Shown in pieces: positions 38,791 through 52,100 of a DNA stretch of 64,000 nt (position 1 is its first letter; each line of letters begins with the position of its first letter). The notes beneath the pieces are model-generated. The model was not told the origin of the DNA and searched no databases. It saw nothing but the letters and a program-made list of their open reading frames with translations. The position numbers were made by a program, and so were the translations under genes. The stretch is from Macrostomum lignano (Eukaryota): the NCBI GenBank assembly GCA_002269645.1, contig NIVC01002890.1:62001-126000 (forward strand). The letters are read 5' to 3'.

Positions 38791-40537
38791 ATGGGCAGTA
38801 GTGGCAGTCCGGCCTCCCCAGCCTCTGGCTTGGATACCACCGCCAGTGCCGCATCAGTCAGCCAGCTCCGGCGCCAATTAGCCGACACTCGCGCCGCCCT
38901 GGCCAGAGCTAGCGGTGAACTATTCGATCAGCGTCAGCGGGCTGGCGAGATGGAACGCGAACTGAGCCGCGTTACAGCCGTACTGGCGCGCAGCCAACGG
39001 GCCGGCCAGCTGGACAGCCTGCTAGCTGACAATGAACGCCTGCGCTGTCGAGCCGTCAATGCTGAGGATGATTTTCGCGATCAATACGACGCTTTAATGA
39101 CGGAATTTGATGCTCTGCTGACTGAGAACGAGAGACTGCAAGCTCAGCTTGAGGCCTACAGATCTGGCGGTACCCAGGCTGGCGAAGATTCCGAGAGGGA
39201 GTTCTGGCAGCAGCGGGCCGAGTCGCTACAGGTGGGCAGATCGGTGGTGTGTATTGAGCAGTCCCGAATAGTGTGCATTGAGCAGTCCCGAATAGTGTGC
39301 ATTGAGTAGTCCAGAATGACGTGCATTGATTGAGCAGTCCAGAAGGGTGTGTATTGAGCAGTCCCGAATAGTGTGCATTGAGCAGTCCCGAATAGTGTGC
39401 ATTGAGCAGTCCTGAATAGTGTGCATTGAGTGAGTCCCGAATAGTGTGCATTGAGCAGTCCAGAATAGTGTGCATTGAGCAGTCCAGAATAGTGTGCATT
39501 GAGCAGTCCTGAATAGTGTGCATTGAGCAGTCCAGAATAGTGTGCATTGAGCAGTCCAGAATGTGTGCATTGAACAATGAACAGTCCTGAATAGTGTGCA
39601 TTGAGCAGTCCAGAATAGTGTGCATTGAGCAGTCCAGAATGGTGTGCATTGAACAGTCCTGAATAGTGTGCATTGAGCAGTCCAGAATAGTGTGCATTGA
39701 ACAGTCCTGAATAGTGTGCATTGAGCAGTCCTGAATAGTGTGCATTGAGCAGTCCTGAATAGTGTGCATTGAGCAGTCCTGAATAGTGTGCATTGAGCAG
39801 TCCAGAATAGTGTGCATTGAGCAGTCCAGAATGGTGTGCTTTTACCAGAAAAGAGCAAAAGTGCTCGCTATGATCATCGCCAAAGGGGGAAATCTCTGTT
39901 TTTTAGAATAGGTCGCCAATTTATTGGGCTAGCGCATTGCCGTCAGTGGCGCTGCAAGTTAAGCAGAGTCAATTGCGGTTAAATAGCACCTGTAGCGCGA
40001 CCAAATAGCAAATTAAGCTGCATTAGAAATACAGGTTCTGGGGTTTGCATTGCGACTCCCGCACTGTGTACACAGCCCTCAAAGACTGGCTAACTGTTGT
40101 TACCAGCAAGTTATGAGTTCTAGTGCTAATAAAATGTCTGAGCTCACTAACTTAACCGCCTTCCTATCTGCATTTCAATTTCCGAACTCAAGTCGGAGCT
40201 AAACGAGCTGAAATCCGAGCGGCAGCAGCTTCGACAGGCGGCCTCGGAGCAGCAGCGGCTGACCGAAGCCAACGCCAACCTCAGAGAGCGGGTGCAGCTG
40301 CTTGAGGCGGCCAATTCGGCCATGTCAGACGAGCTGGCGCAGAAATCGGTGCTGGTTGACCGATGCTTACCAGCAACAGGCGGCGCCAATCGAAATCTTC
40401 GCGATGTGACCGAAGAGATGGCGCTAAAAAATGTCCATCTGGAGGCGGCGGTGGAGCGCCTAGCGCTTGAGCTGCAGTCGCTGCAGGCGTCTGGACAGTC
40501 GGCCGAATCGAGTCAAGCGACCGGCGAATCGAGTTGA
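38791..40537 (+). CDS. GRIPAP1: Short GRIPAP1 (GRASP-1)-like coiled-coil protein, ~261 aa; exons 38791-39231, 40193-40537
   Basis: ELFDQRQR..ERELSR..LARSQRA..LLADNERL..EDDFRDQYDALMTEF follows the GRIPAP1 N-terminal domain as I recall it. Phase-0 GT-AG intron with a CTAAC branch point. Confidence 0.68.
39245..39840. repeat. 24-bp minisatellite in the GRIPAP1-like intron
   Basis: Unit GTGTGCATTGAGCAGTCCAGAATA, starting ~13 nt after the donor. Confidence 0.95.
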
Positions 40538-40644
40538 AATATTAGTCAGGATAAAAATACTTTAAAATTGCCAGCTTCGCATCCTATTTACTATTCAGTA
40601 GCAAGTAAAGAATATATATAAGTAGAATAAAGTGGGTAAGATTT

Positions 40645-40940
40645 TATTATTTTTATTCGAGGCTGGTGGCTGTGTGCACCCTGGCGCACTTTAAGCGACA
40701 TTGTCCCCCACCCATTCCACCGACTCCCCTGAGCAGGCACACAAGCGCGCGGATACGTACGCAGTCATACGCACAGGCACACACTCACACAGGAGTGTGC
40801 AGCGGCCCTAACTTTTTTTACTGTGCCCTGCGGTTGGCCCTCGAGGGCAATGATTGCAAATTAATGTGACTGTATTTGGAATCGAGCCTGGGCCGCTGGC
40901 ACATCAGAGCGTCGCGCTAGATCATAGGCTACGTCCCCTC
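40645..40940 (-). mobile_element. tRNA-derived SINE, family 1, copy B
   Basis: B-box GGCTCGATTCC and degenerate A-box. 88-bp core (40711-40798) identical to 7463-7550. AATAAA/A-rich tail on the minus strand. Confidence 0.8.
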
Positions 40941-43504
40941 CATTGGGCTAGATAATATCCTGTTGAATTAGTAGTATGTGTCGTAGATGATATAACGGCA
41001 TTTTTCCGTTCTAAAACCAAATAAAACCTAAGCCTCAATATAGCTTAACTAAAAGGCCATGAGGGAGAGACGAGGGAGAAACGAATTTTAAATCTTAGTC
41101 AGTGGCACATAATCTAGTTACTATCAGACTCATTGCCATTGCTGAGCCATTTCTAAGCCTTTGCCTTCCAATGCATGCATGCGCAGAATTTCACCAAGAC
41201 CTGCTTGCTTTCTACTATACTACTACTTTATATACCAAGGGTGTTGCAAATGTTGCCGGATTCTGTACGACAGGAATTTCCTATTTTAGTCACAACTCCT
41301 TGCACAGCTTTCTCTATTGAACATTTTAAATTTCAAAAAATCGATTCAATTCAGCAGAACAGCTGTGGCTAAAGTTCACAATCCAGAAACTTGCCCGACC
41401 CATCGTGCAGTCAACTAATTTTCTCTTCTGACTTTTAATAATTGTTTCAGCAACGAAAATTAACTCCCGTGTTTTAGCTTCAATTCGATTGCATTCCATA
41501 TACAGTTTTTGATTGCCTATACTTTGCTGTGTTTGAATCTCGATATTATTTACTTTTATTAAAATTGCTATCGCGTGTTGTACTTAATACTAGCATTATT
41601 AGTGTTTGTAAAGGTGTGTTTGCTTGTACTCCTGATTTTACTATATGCATGTCTATTTTCGACAGAGGTCAACATAACTACCTTAAAATTAAATTTTGAA
41701 GGCTTTTTCCTGGTATTTATTACCTAACTATTTCATCATTGTTTTTTATGCTCGCTTGCAAGTTATACGGAGCGTATATTATAACAATAAAATATTTTGA
41801 TGACTTTTAAATGATTTTTTTCGCCTGACTACTAAGCCATTTGGGAGACTATACCTGTGGAGTAACTCTTTAGATATCCTGTCGGCCTCGATGCATAAAT
41901 CATTTACATGAGCATACAGTTTGTTGCTCATGTTTTTTAGTTGCTTAAAAAATCCGGTCATACGTGACGTGAGAACCTCAAGCGAGCAAGCACTCTGGCT
42001 AATATCCGTGCTAATTGACTTTAGAATAGAGAATATCAATTGTCTGTACTATTGGCCATAGACTTACGAAGCGTTAGAGAAACAACTTTCTGTGTACTTT
42101 TACGATGCTGCAGCAGAGTTCCGACGGAAGAGTCGGCTTGCGAGCCTTTCCAGCAGCCTATACGAGTACATGTAAGTAGAAGTTCAACAACTTTAAAGTC
42201 ACTGCAGGTTATTGACTAAGTTTTTATATTGAGGGGTTCAATAGTCGGTCTTGAGTGCTTAAATGTCTAGGCCACGGTGCGATATTCTGGGCTTGTTACA
42301 AGGCCTTCTCCAACTTAGGTCTACGAGTACACCCAAGTTAAAGTGAGTTTCGAGAAACGCCCCCTCACTGGCTTGTCTGCAAAGTATATGGTCAAAACTC
42401 TGAAAAGATGCCAACTATGAATTATGAATTGTAGTCACAGATTCAAATCAAATCTATGGTGTCCAACCCATACATGCACATTACTCGGTGCAAATAAGCA
42501 AGGCAATAAAAAAATAACATCTGTGTCACGCGCTGTTAATTGCATATCTATGCGATGCTTAAAAGAATATTCAAATAAAGAAGAAAAGCGAATTAATTTC
42601 ACACAGTACCGAGTGTAGCTAGAGTGCAGTTTGTACTTTTTTGCATATCAAAACACGCGTTTAAATAGAGATATAGAAATATAGAATCAATGCAGAGAAC
42701 ACGCCACAGGGCTATGATCAGAAATATGAAGTGCGTTAAGGGGTGTAACAAGGAATATATATATCTATGGCGGCTCATTATAGTTTCATAAATCATATTT
42801 GACATCAACATAAACTAGTACAAGCTTATTTACTTTAACCGGTCCGTGAGATTAAGCTGCTCTCCTAGAGACAGAGGGTGAGCACTAACGAACATACGTT
42901 TATTTTCTACGCGCATTGATCAGCATAAGCCTATAGTATAGACAAGTCGGAGAGAAAAGCATCTGTGAATTGCAATTAGAAGTAATAATTTTTATGCGTG
43001 TTAGAATAATAATTCATTTCTTAGGGAAGCCTCGTGATTTAAGCTGGGTGTAAAAGATGATACGGGCCTTGAATTCAATTATGGTCAACAAAACTGTTTA
43101 TAGTTAGTATGAAATCGCTGCTATTAGGCAATGCTTGCACAGACAATGAACCATAGGGGGGAGTAAAAAATTGAAAAAGAAAACCAGAACTCCCAACGGA
43201 CAAAAAAACTCGTCGCTATGGAAAATAAGAATAAACACACAAGACACTCCATGCAAGGAAAGACTGGCCTTGAGAATTCGGTTTAATGGCGACAATCAAT
43301 GTACTTTACTTTCCAGGAGGGGATCAGTAACTAGCAGAATTTCAATAACAAGATTGGCTTAGCGACCATCATTCTTTGTGCTGCTGAATCTAGGAAAATA
43401 AAAATTAACCATGGAAAAAACTAATACATAAGCGCTGTGTTAAGGCAGCAACTCGTCACTATTATCAACGGTGAATTAAGGCAGGATAGGTCAGCGGTGA
43501 TCGA

Positions 43505-43865
43505 TGGATCATGTGAAGGACCAGTGAGTGATAGCGACGGCACAATGTGAAGGATCATTGGGTGATAGCGACGGCACAATGTGAAGGATCAGTGGGTGAT
43601 AGCGACGGCACAATGTGAAGGATCAGAGGGTGATAGCGGCGGTCCAATGTGAAGGATCAGTGGGTGATAGCGACGGTCCAATGTGAAGGATCAGTGGGTG
43701 ATAGCGGCGGTCCAATGTGAAGGATCAGTGGGTGATAGCGACGGTCCAATGTGAAGGATCAGTGGGTGATAGCGGCGGTCCAATGTGAAGGATCAGTGGG
43801 TGATAGCGGCGGTCCAATGTGAAGGATCAGTGGGTGATAGCGGCGGTCCAATGTGAAGGATCAAG
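43505..43865. repeat. 34-bp minisatellite
   Basis: Unit ATGTGAAGGATCAGTGGGTGATAGCGGCGGTCCA. Confidence 0.93.
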
Positions 43866-44644
43866 GTGAACTTGCAACTGAGCTGTGCCCAAAAGCCCTA
43901 GTGTGTATATTTTTGAAAACGATATAAAAAGTAAAATATTAATAACATAAGTCAGTCAACTCTCGAAGGTCCGCCTTTGATAATAAGAATGTATTCTTTC
44001 TAAGAAACAATGATACTCGGATGTTAGGCGCATGTAGGCTCTATACTACTCAATACTTACACAAACGCGCGAAAACTTAAAAAAATCCTTCGGAAAAAAA
44101 TTACCCAAAAGTAAACAATAAGCACATGTGATGCACAGAAAACACAGATAGATTCAATAATAAGCACGTCTATATAGTCATTACCGTAAAACAGTAATAA
44201 TAGCTATATATAATAAGCTTGACTAGATAGGCTTAACGGCAACACAGGTAATAATGTGCAAGAATATTATATTTAAATTATCCAAAAATCAATCAATCTT
44301 CGAGGAAGAGAAAAGAAGAAAAAGAAAATTCGAGGCAAAACTGCATGTTTTGAATTGTTACCAGAGAGTTTAAGAGAATTAAAAGAATCAATTAACGAAC
44401 AGCACCAAAAAGTTGTTTAAAAAACCCAATAAAGCAAACTTTACAAAAGCAGCATGATCCAGTCTGGTCCAAGTAGGCAAATCAAGTGGACACAAAAATT
44501 CATGAAGACAATTTATTTCAGTAGTAAATATATTAACTGCAGCTGTGTCTTTCTGTGCATGTCCGGGCAAGGTATGCTTAATTCAGCCGATCAGCTACTA
44601 ACGTACAGTAGTATGAACTGAATATATCAGGACGTCCGGGCAGA

Positions 44645-45260
44645 GGGCGATTCTAAGGATTCCGTCTCAGAATTCTCTTGAGGGTGTCAGGGGCGATTCT
44701 AAGGATTCCGTCTCAGAATTCTCTTGAGGGTGTCAGGGGCGATTCTAAGGATTCCGTCTCAGAATTCTCTTGAGGGTGTCTGGGGCGATTCTAAGAATTT
44801 CGTCTCAGAATTTTCTTGAGGGTGTCAGGGGCGATTCCAAGGATTCATTCTGAGAATTCTCTTGAGGGTGTCAGGGGCGATTCCAAGGATTCAGTCTGAG
44901 AATTCTCTTGAGGGTGTCAGGGGCGATTCCAAGGATTCAGTCTGAGAATTCTCTTGAGGGTGTCAGAGGCGATTCCAAGGATTCAGTCTGAGAATTCTCT
45001 TGAGGGTGTCAGAGGCGATTCCAAGGATTCCGTCTCAGAATTTTCTTGAGGGTGTCAGGGGCGATTCCAAGGATTCAGTCTGAGAATTCTCTTGGGGATG
45101 TCAGGGGCGATTCCAAGGAGTCAGTCTGAGAATTCTCTTGGGGAGGTCAGAGGCGATTCCAAGGAGTCAGTCAGAGAATTCTCTTGGGGAGGTCAGAGGC
45201 GATTCCAAGGATTCAGTCTCAGAGAATTCTCTTGGGGATGTCAGGGGCGATTCCAGAGAC
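44645..45260. repeat. 46-bp minisatellite
   Basis: Unit GAGGGTGTCAGGGGCGATTCTAAGGATTCCGTCTCAGAATTCTCTT. Confidence 0.93.
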
Positions 45261-46168
45261 TCTTAGCCATCAGAGAACATATAATTCAGCATAGCACTGA
45301 TAGTCGCAAAGCAGAAATGAAAGTGGCAAACGTCAGGTTTGAAGACTAGATTTATTTATATGGATTCATTTACGAGTACAATGCGACCGAATAACGAAAA
45401 AAAGATATCTGAAAGCGAGGACATAAAGACTATATCTGACGCAAAGATTAATAAACGGATTATTAAGAAGGCAGCTGTGGGCAGGTAAGTAGTATAACGC
45501 ATATATGACAGGTGTAAAATAAAAAAAGTGACAAAAAGCTGTTGTAGCGCAAATTCAAATTTACCTTGAAAGTAAGCAAACCGATAAAACAAATAAAAAA
45601 ACAGCCACCAGTCGCCGCGAGGTGGGGGGAATAAAAAAGGTAATAAATGAAGAAAACGCAAAATTAGAGACAGTGACAAAGATTCATTAATAAATATAAG
45701 CCGTGAAGATTGCACTGCAAACTGTGTGAAAGCTAGTCAGTAGTAGGAAATTTCGGATTTTTATAATAGAGGGGGGAGAAGGCGGTGATCTTGCAAGTTA
45801 ATTGCTCAATTCAAGATAACAGAATCACAGGCTATCCAATTCCTAGCTTGACTAATCTGCATTTTCAATCTCGACTTGGCAAAAGTGACTTACCACTAGT
45901 GGGCGGATCTCACTAACCTACAATGGCATTGAGCACTGATATTTTTTCAGTGACACTTCAACGGTAACAACAGTTTGTTAATACATTGCGCTTGTTACAG
46001 TTTGCCATTCAGTGCACGGTATTATGCTGCCAAAAATTATAGTCGAGATTGAGAAGGCTCGAATTGAAAGATATAATCCAACACTTTCGCTTGGTAAATT
46101 AGAGAAAATCGATGCCGAATTTGAATTCAACTAAATTTACGGAACAAAAGTGTAGAACAGTCAATTTG

Positions 46169-49100
46169 CTAGGCTTTGTCTGGCAGGCGACGCGCCGCCG
46201 GTCCACCTGTTGAGCCGCCGCCGCCGCCGCTGTTAGTCGACGAGGAAGTCGACTCCAACAGTCGATCGCCGCCGCGACTAGCATTGACGGTGGCGGCGGT
46301 CCCAGTCACCGAGGCGTTCAACTGACCGAGCGCTCGTTCGCAGAACTCGGACAGAAGGCGTTCAACCAGCTGGTTGTCCGCGCAACACTGGCTCGGCATG
46401 CCCAGACGAGCTCGCAGTCGGCCAAACCGAGCATCCAGCCTGGCCAGCAGTTCCGCATCAACAGAATCTGACGGCGAGTTGGCGCCGTCTAATGAGATCA
46501 ATGCCAAATCGAGCGCTTGATCAAGATTATCCAACGCTAGCTGGGGACAAGTCGACGGACAATCGGTTTGTGCGGACAGATCTGCGGTGGAAGACTGCCG
46601 ACGTGGCTGCTGCTGTTGTTGCTGCTGGCGCGGCGCTACCGGCGAATGTCGACTTTGAGTACCGCCAGACGGGGATGGCTTCGGATGGACTGGCGGAGGC
46701 AGCGACGATTGCTGCTGGTGGCTAACGGCAGCAGGAGCAGCAGCCGGCTGTCGAACAGCCGCTGAACCGGCGCCAGATCGCCGACGATTGTTGAGCATGC
46801 CGCTGAGCATGCTATTAACATCCAGCTTGCGCGGCCGCCTGGACAGAGCCGAGGCCGAGGCCGAGGCTGACGTCGAAGTCGACGTCGACGCAGTCGAATT
46901 AGTCGCTGACGAGAACGGCGATAACGACGCCGTTGACTGTGCCGGCGGATTGACCCCAGCGACAGTGCTGGCCGACTCATCAATATCCTCGTGCTCATCG
47001 ATAACGTGCTCACGGGCGCGAGCTGACGATGTCGAAGCTGAATTTGCGGCCGACGCAGCCACCACTGTTGACGCGCTGGACGAAGATGCCGCCGATGGAG
47101 CCGGCGTAGCTATCTGGGTTGGTGGCAGAAGCTGCTGAGCAGCAGGCGTTGCCGGCTCCAACTGGACGGGCAGGACCGGCACCGGAGCGACGACAACGTG
47201 AGCCGGGACTCCGGAGGACACCGAGGCCAGGGTGTGAGTACTCTCAGCCAAGGAGTCTGTAGGCGACACGGTGGATCCGCGAGTAGGCGACATTGACTGA
47301 CAGTCATCGTCGATGCTAGCTAGGGCATGTCGGGCCACGGTTGCTGTAGTGAGCGCGGCGTCGGAATCGATGATGCTGCTGAGCTGGGCCGGTTCAAAGG
47401 CGCTTTCGGCAGTAGGTGCCGCCACTGGAGCCGCCGTGGACGTCTGCATCGACGGAGTCGGCGATGTTGAAGGCGACGAAGCCGCTAAGAGTCGACGAGC
47501 TTCCTGAACATCGTCGGACGTGACCGGACAGCTGAGTCTGGCTAGGCGCCTAGTCAGCTTGCTGGTCCGATCCCAGCGAGCTCGCATCATCGGTGGCGGA
47601 GGTTCGTTAACATCCGATTCCGGCTGCTCCTGTGCGGTGGACAGGTGCGAATTATCACCTTGCTGGATTTCTTCTAAAAGTTTTTCCTGTTGCAGCTGAA
47701 GCTGTTCTTCTTGCTGCAGCGGCAGCGGTGTCGGCGATGGCGACTTCGATGGCACCTCGAAGGTGACACTCGGCCGCGTGCTGGCATTTGTTGTTGAAGT
47801 CGCTGGTGCAGCCGCTATTGTTGTTGTTGACGCTGACGATGATTTGCCAACCGACTGGGGCCGTCTGCTAGAGCCCTGCTGACTCCTGATGCCAAGGCTG
47901 GCGGATGAGCGGCTGGCCTCACGGCTCAGATTGCCGCGACCCGGCCGCACTCTGGACGACGGCTCGGTGCCGCTGAGCGCCTGCAGCCGGCGCCGCGTGT
48001 CCTCCGCCATCTTGGCCAGGCTCTCCCGCGGTTTGCCTCCGCCTCCGCCGCTAGGCGAAGCCATCGATGAGGAATCGGCGGCCGACGTGGCCGAACGGCA
48101 TCGAAGGCTCTGGGATCGAACCAGCGGTTGCGTAGCAGACGAAGATGGCGCCTGCGGACCAGCCGGCGGCTGCTGCTTTCTGTTGGCGGCAAATTTGGCG
48201 CTTAAACTGCACCGAGATGGGTTGTCTCCGGGCAGCACCGAGGCATCCAGGCCGAGAAGCAGCGACGCCGCTGGAGCTACCGGCGGCATCGACGCCTCAA
48301 CTCCGTTCAGTGGCTCGTCATCAACTGGCGTTGAAGGATCTGAAGCTTCAACAACGCCGCCATCGTCTTCGTCTAGCCCTGATGCGCTCTTCGCCCGTCG
48401 GACAATGCGGGACTGCGGCGCTGCTGACGCTTCTCTACTGGAGTTGATAACGGCAAATATTGGGAAATTCTCCTGCTGATCCTCACTATCCGGCTGCTGG
48501 GCGGGCGCCTGCGGCTGCAGCAGCGGTGGCGGCGGCGAAGAAGACAACGGGAACGGGGCGAAGGCTTCCCCAGCAGCGGCTGGCTGATCAGCTGCCAGCT
48601 TTTTCTGAGCCCAGGCGGGCAGGCCCAGATTCAAGCTGAAGCCTTCAGCCTCGGCTTGGCCCATAATTCGCACTAGGCCGGTGTCCAGAGAACCAGCGCA
48701 CGACACCAATTCCGAGGCGCTTTCAGCTTCTTCTGAATCTTCGGCGCCGTCTGTTGTTCCGCAGTCTTCGCTTTCGCCGTAGCTATTGCTGGCGTAGCTG
48801 TTTGACTCGTACAGCCTGTGGCGCATTCGCATTGTCATGGAGACTGGCAGGCGCCAGACAAACACGCAACCGTCCGCTCCGGTTGATACTAGATATCTCA
48901 GATTGGGCAGAAACACCAGACTAAGCGGAGACTCCGAGTGGCCTTGGCACACCGCCACAGGCTGTCCGGTGTGGAAATCTATCACGCAGACGTCTTTGTC
49001 CGAACTGGCCGTGGCCAGGAAACAGCCGGATGGGTCCAGGGCGCAGTGGATTAGGGAGCCTAAAGTGTATGGGAAAAGGATTTTGTAGATATAGGGAGTG

Positions 49101-52100
49101 GAGAGGCAGATTCACAAGGATACTGAGAGAGCGGATAGGCAGATTCACAAGGATACTGAGAGAGCGGATAGGCAGATTCACAAGGATACTGAGAGAGCGG
49201 ATAGGCAGATTCACAAGGATACTGAGAGAGCGGATAGGCAGATTCACAAGGATACTGAGAGAGCGGATAGGCAGATTCACAAGGATACTGAGAGAGCGGA
49301 TAGGCAGATTCACAAGGATACTGAGAGAGTGGATAGGCAGATTCACAAGGATACTGAGGGACCGGAGAGGCAGATTCACAAGGATACTGAGGGACCGGAG
49401 AGGCAGATTCACAAGGATACTGAGGGACCGGAGAGGCAGATTCACAAGGATACTGAGGGACCGGAGAGGCAGATTCACAAGGATACTGAGAGAGCGGATA
49501 GGCAGATTCACAAGGATACTGCGGAGCGGATAGGCAGATTCACAAGGATACTGCGGAGCGGATAGGCAGATTCACAAGGATACTGCGGAGCGGAGAGGCA
49601 GATTCACAAGGATACTGCGGAGCGGATAGGCAGATTCACAAGGATACTGAGGGAGCGGATGGGCAGATTCACAAGAATACTGAGAGGCTAAGACGCATCA
49701 AAGCAGCAGAGAAAGAGTTGTCAAAAAAGGCACGCACCATCATCTCCCATGGCGCCGCGCAGTGAGCGCCTCAGTTTGCCGCTAAGGGCGCTGTAGACGC
49801 GGACGCTGCGATCCTGGCAGGCAACGGCCAGCAGCTGGCGATGGCAGTCCATGGCGTACTGGGAGCAGCGGCTCTGTACATTGTGCTCCAAGCTGAGCTT
49901 TGGCGACCAAGGTTCAGACATGTCTAGCCGACGTAGCAGCAACGATTTGTCGGTGCCGCAGGTGATTAATCGACGACTGCCGTCGGCCAGTTCAACGACG
50001 CGAGCGCCGTAGACGGCACCGGAATGATCGTCTAGGGTAGCCAGCAGTTGCAGGCCGCCGCCGCCGACGCTGTCGATGCCGAACAGATGTACAAGTCGAT
50101 CGCGAGACGCCGACACCAAGAGGTCGGGCTCCGCAGGTGACCTGGATTGGTAATAGTCCAACTGTAGGACTTCGCCGTCGTGAGCTTCAACGCAGGCGGC
50201 CTCCTCGGGTGCGCCGCTCTCCAGTGCAAATAAACGCAGATTTCCGGACCGGTCGCCAATAGCCAGCCAGCGGCCGTCGGCGCTGAACCGGACGGCGCGG
50301 ACTCCGCTAGCGGCCGTGGCCGAGTCGTCAGTGGAGGCGCCGCCACCAACTGTATTAGTAGGCGAGGCGGAGCCGCCGCTCCTACTGGTGCTACCGCCGC
50401 CAGTGCTACTGCTGACGCCGCCGCCGCGACGCAAGTCGGCGAATCGATCCTCAACCAGCAGATCGCGCCTATCCAACAGGTAGATAACGCGCACTAAAGC
50501 GCCCTGTGGATTCCACAAGCGGACAGTATTATCGGCGCCGCAGGTGGCAAAGGTATTGCCGGGCAGACAGGCCGCAGATTTTAATGCGTCAACGCCCCAT
50601 ACGTAGCCGTTGTGATAGTGCTGGGCTAGGATACGCTTGGCCCGGGTCGGCTCCGCTATGTCCCAGGCGTACAGGCTGTGGTCGGCGTACACCACTACTA
50701 GGCGCTTGCGGGCCGTGTCAACGGCTACGGCGACGGCGTCCGGATAGTCGACAGTCTCCTCGGCGGTCAGAGAAGGCGTCGGAGATTCTGTACGACCGCC
50801 GGGTTGGTCGGTTGAGTCGCCCAGCTCGGAGCCGAGGGTGTGCGGCATCGGTAGGGAGAAAAGAAACCGAAGAGTCTGCTCGTCGAATGCCTGGCGAGTA
50901 TCAGTTTGGCAATGATTATCAGTTGGATAGAGGGCGGTGATTATCAGTTGGATAGAGGGCGATGATTATCAGTTGGATAGAGGGCGATAATTATCAGTTG
51001 GATAGAGGGCGATGATTATCAGTTGGATAGAGGGCGATGATTATCAGTTGGATAGAGGGCGATGATTATCAGTTGGATAGAGGGCAGTGACTATCAGTTG
51101 GATAGAGGGCGATGATTATCAGTTGGATAGAGGGCGATGATTATCAGTTGGATAGAGGGCGATGATTATCAGTTGGATAGAGGGCGATGATTATCAGTTG
51201 GATAGAGGGCGATGATTATCAGTTGGATAGAGGGCGATGATTATCAGTTGGATAGAGGGCGATAATTATCAGTTAGATAGAGGGCGATGATTATCAGTTG
51301 GATAGAGGGCGATAATTATCAGTTGGATAGAGGGCGATGATTATCAGTTGGATAGAGGGCAGTGACTATCAGTTGGATAGAGGGCGATGATTATCAGTTG
51401 GATAGAGGGCGATGATTATCAGTTGGATAGAGGGCGATGATTATCAGTTGGATAGAGGGCGATGATTATCAGTTGGATAGAGGGCAGTGACTATCAGTTG
51501 GATAGAGGGCGATGATTATCAGTTGGATAGAGGGCGATGATTATCAGTTGGATAGAGGGCGATGATTATCAGTTGGATAGAGGGCGATGATTATCAGTTG
51601 GATAGAGGGCGATGATTATCAGTTGGATAGAGGGCGATGATTATCAGTTGGATAGAGGGCGATGATTATCAGTTGGATAGAGGGCAGTGACTATCAGTTG
51701 GATAGAGGGCGATGATTATCAGTTGGATAGAGGGCGATGATTATCAGTTGGATAGAGGGCGATGATTATCAGTTGGATAGAGGGCGATGATTATCAGTTG
51801 GATAGAGGGCAGTGACTATCAGTTGGATAGAGGGCGATGATTATCAGTTGGATAGAGGGCGATGATTATCAGTTGGATAGAGGGCGATGATTATCAGTTG
51901 GATAGAGGGCGATGATTTTCAGTTGGATAGAGGGCGATGATTATCAGTTGGATAGAGGGCGATGATTATCAGTTGGATAGAGGGCGATGATTATCAGTTG
52001 GATAGAGGGCGATGATTATCAGTTGGATAGAGGGCGATAATTATCAGTTGGATAGAGGGCGATGATTATCAGTTGGATAGAGGGCGATAATTATCAGTTG

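Noticed and set aside
41779-42039. 86-aa ORF, possibly a transposase fragment
   Set aside because: No recognisable motif and no TIR or TSD found.
42100-45490. Plus-strand donor-like sites (~42173, 44570, 45484) suggesting a spliced transcript
   Set aside because: No coherent ORF; such motifs occur by chance, so RNA data are needed.
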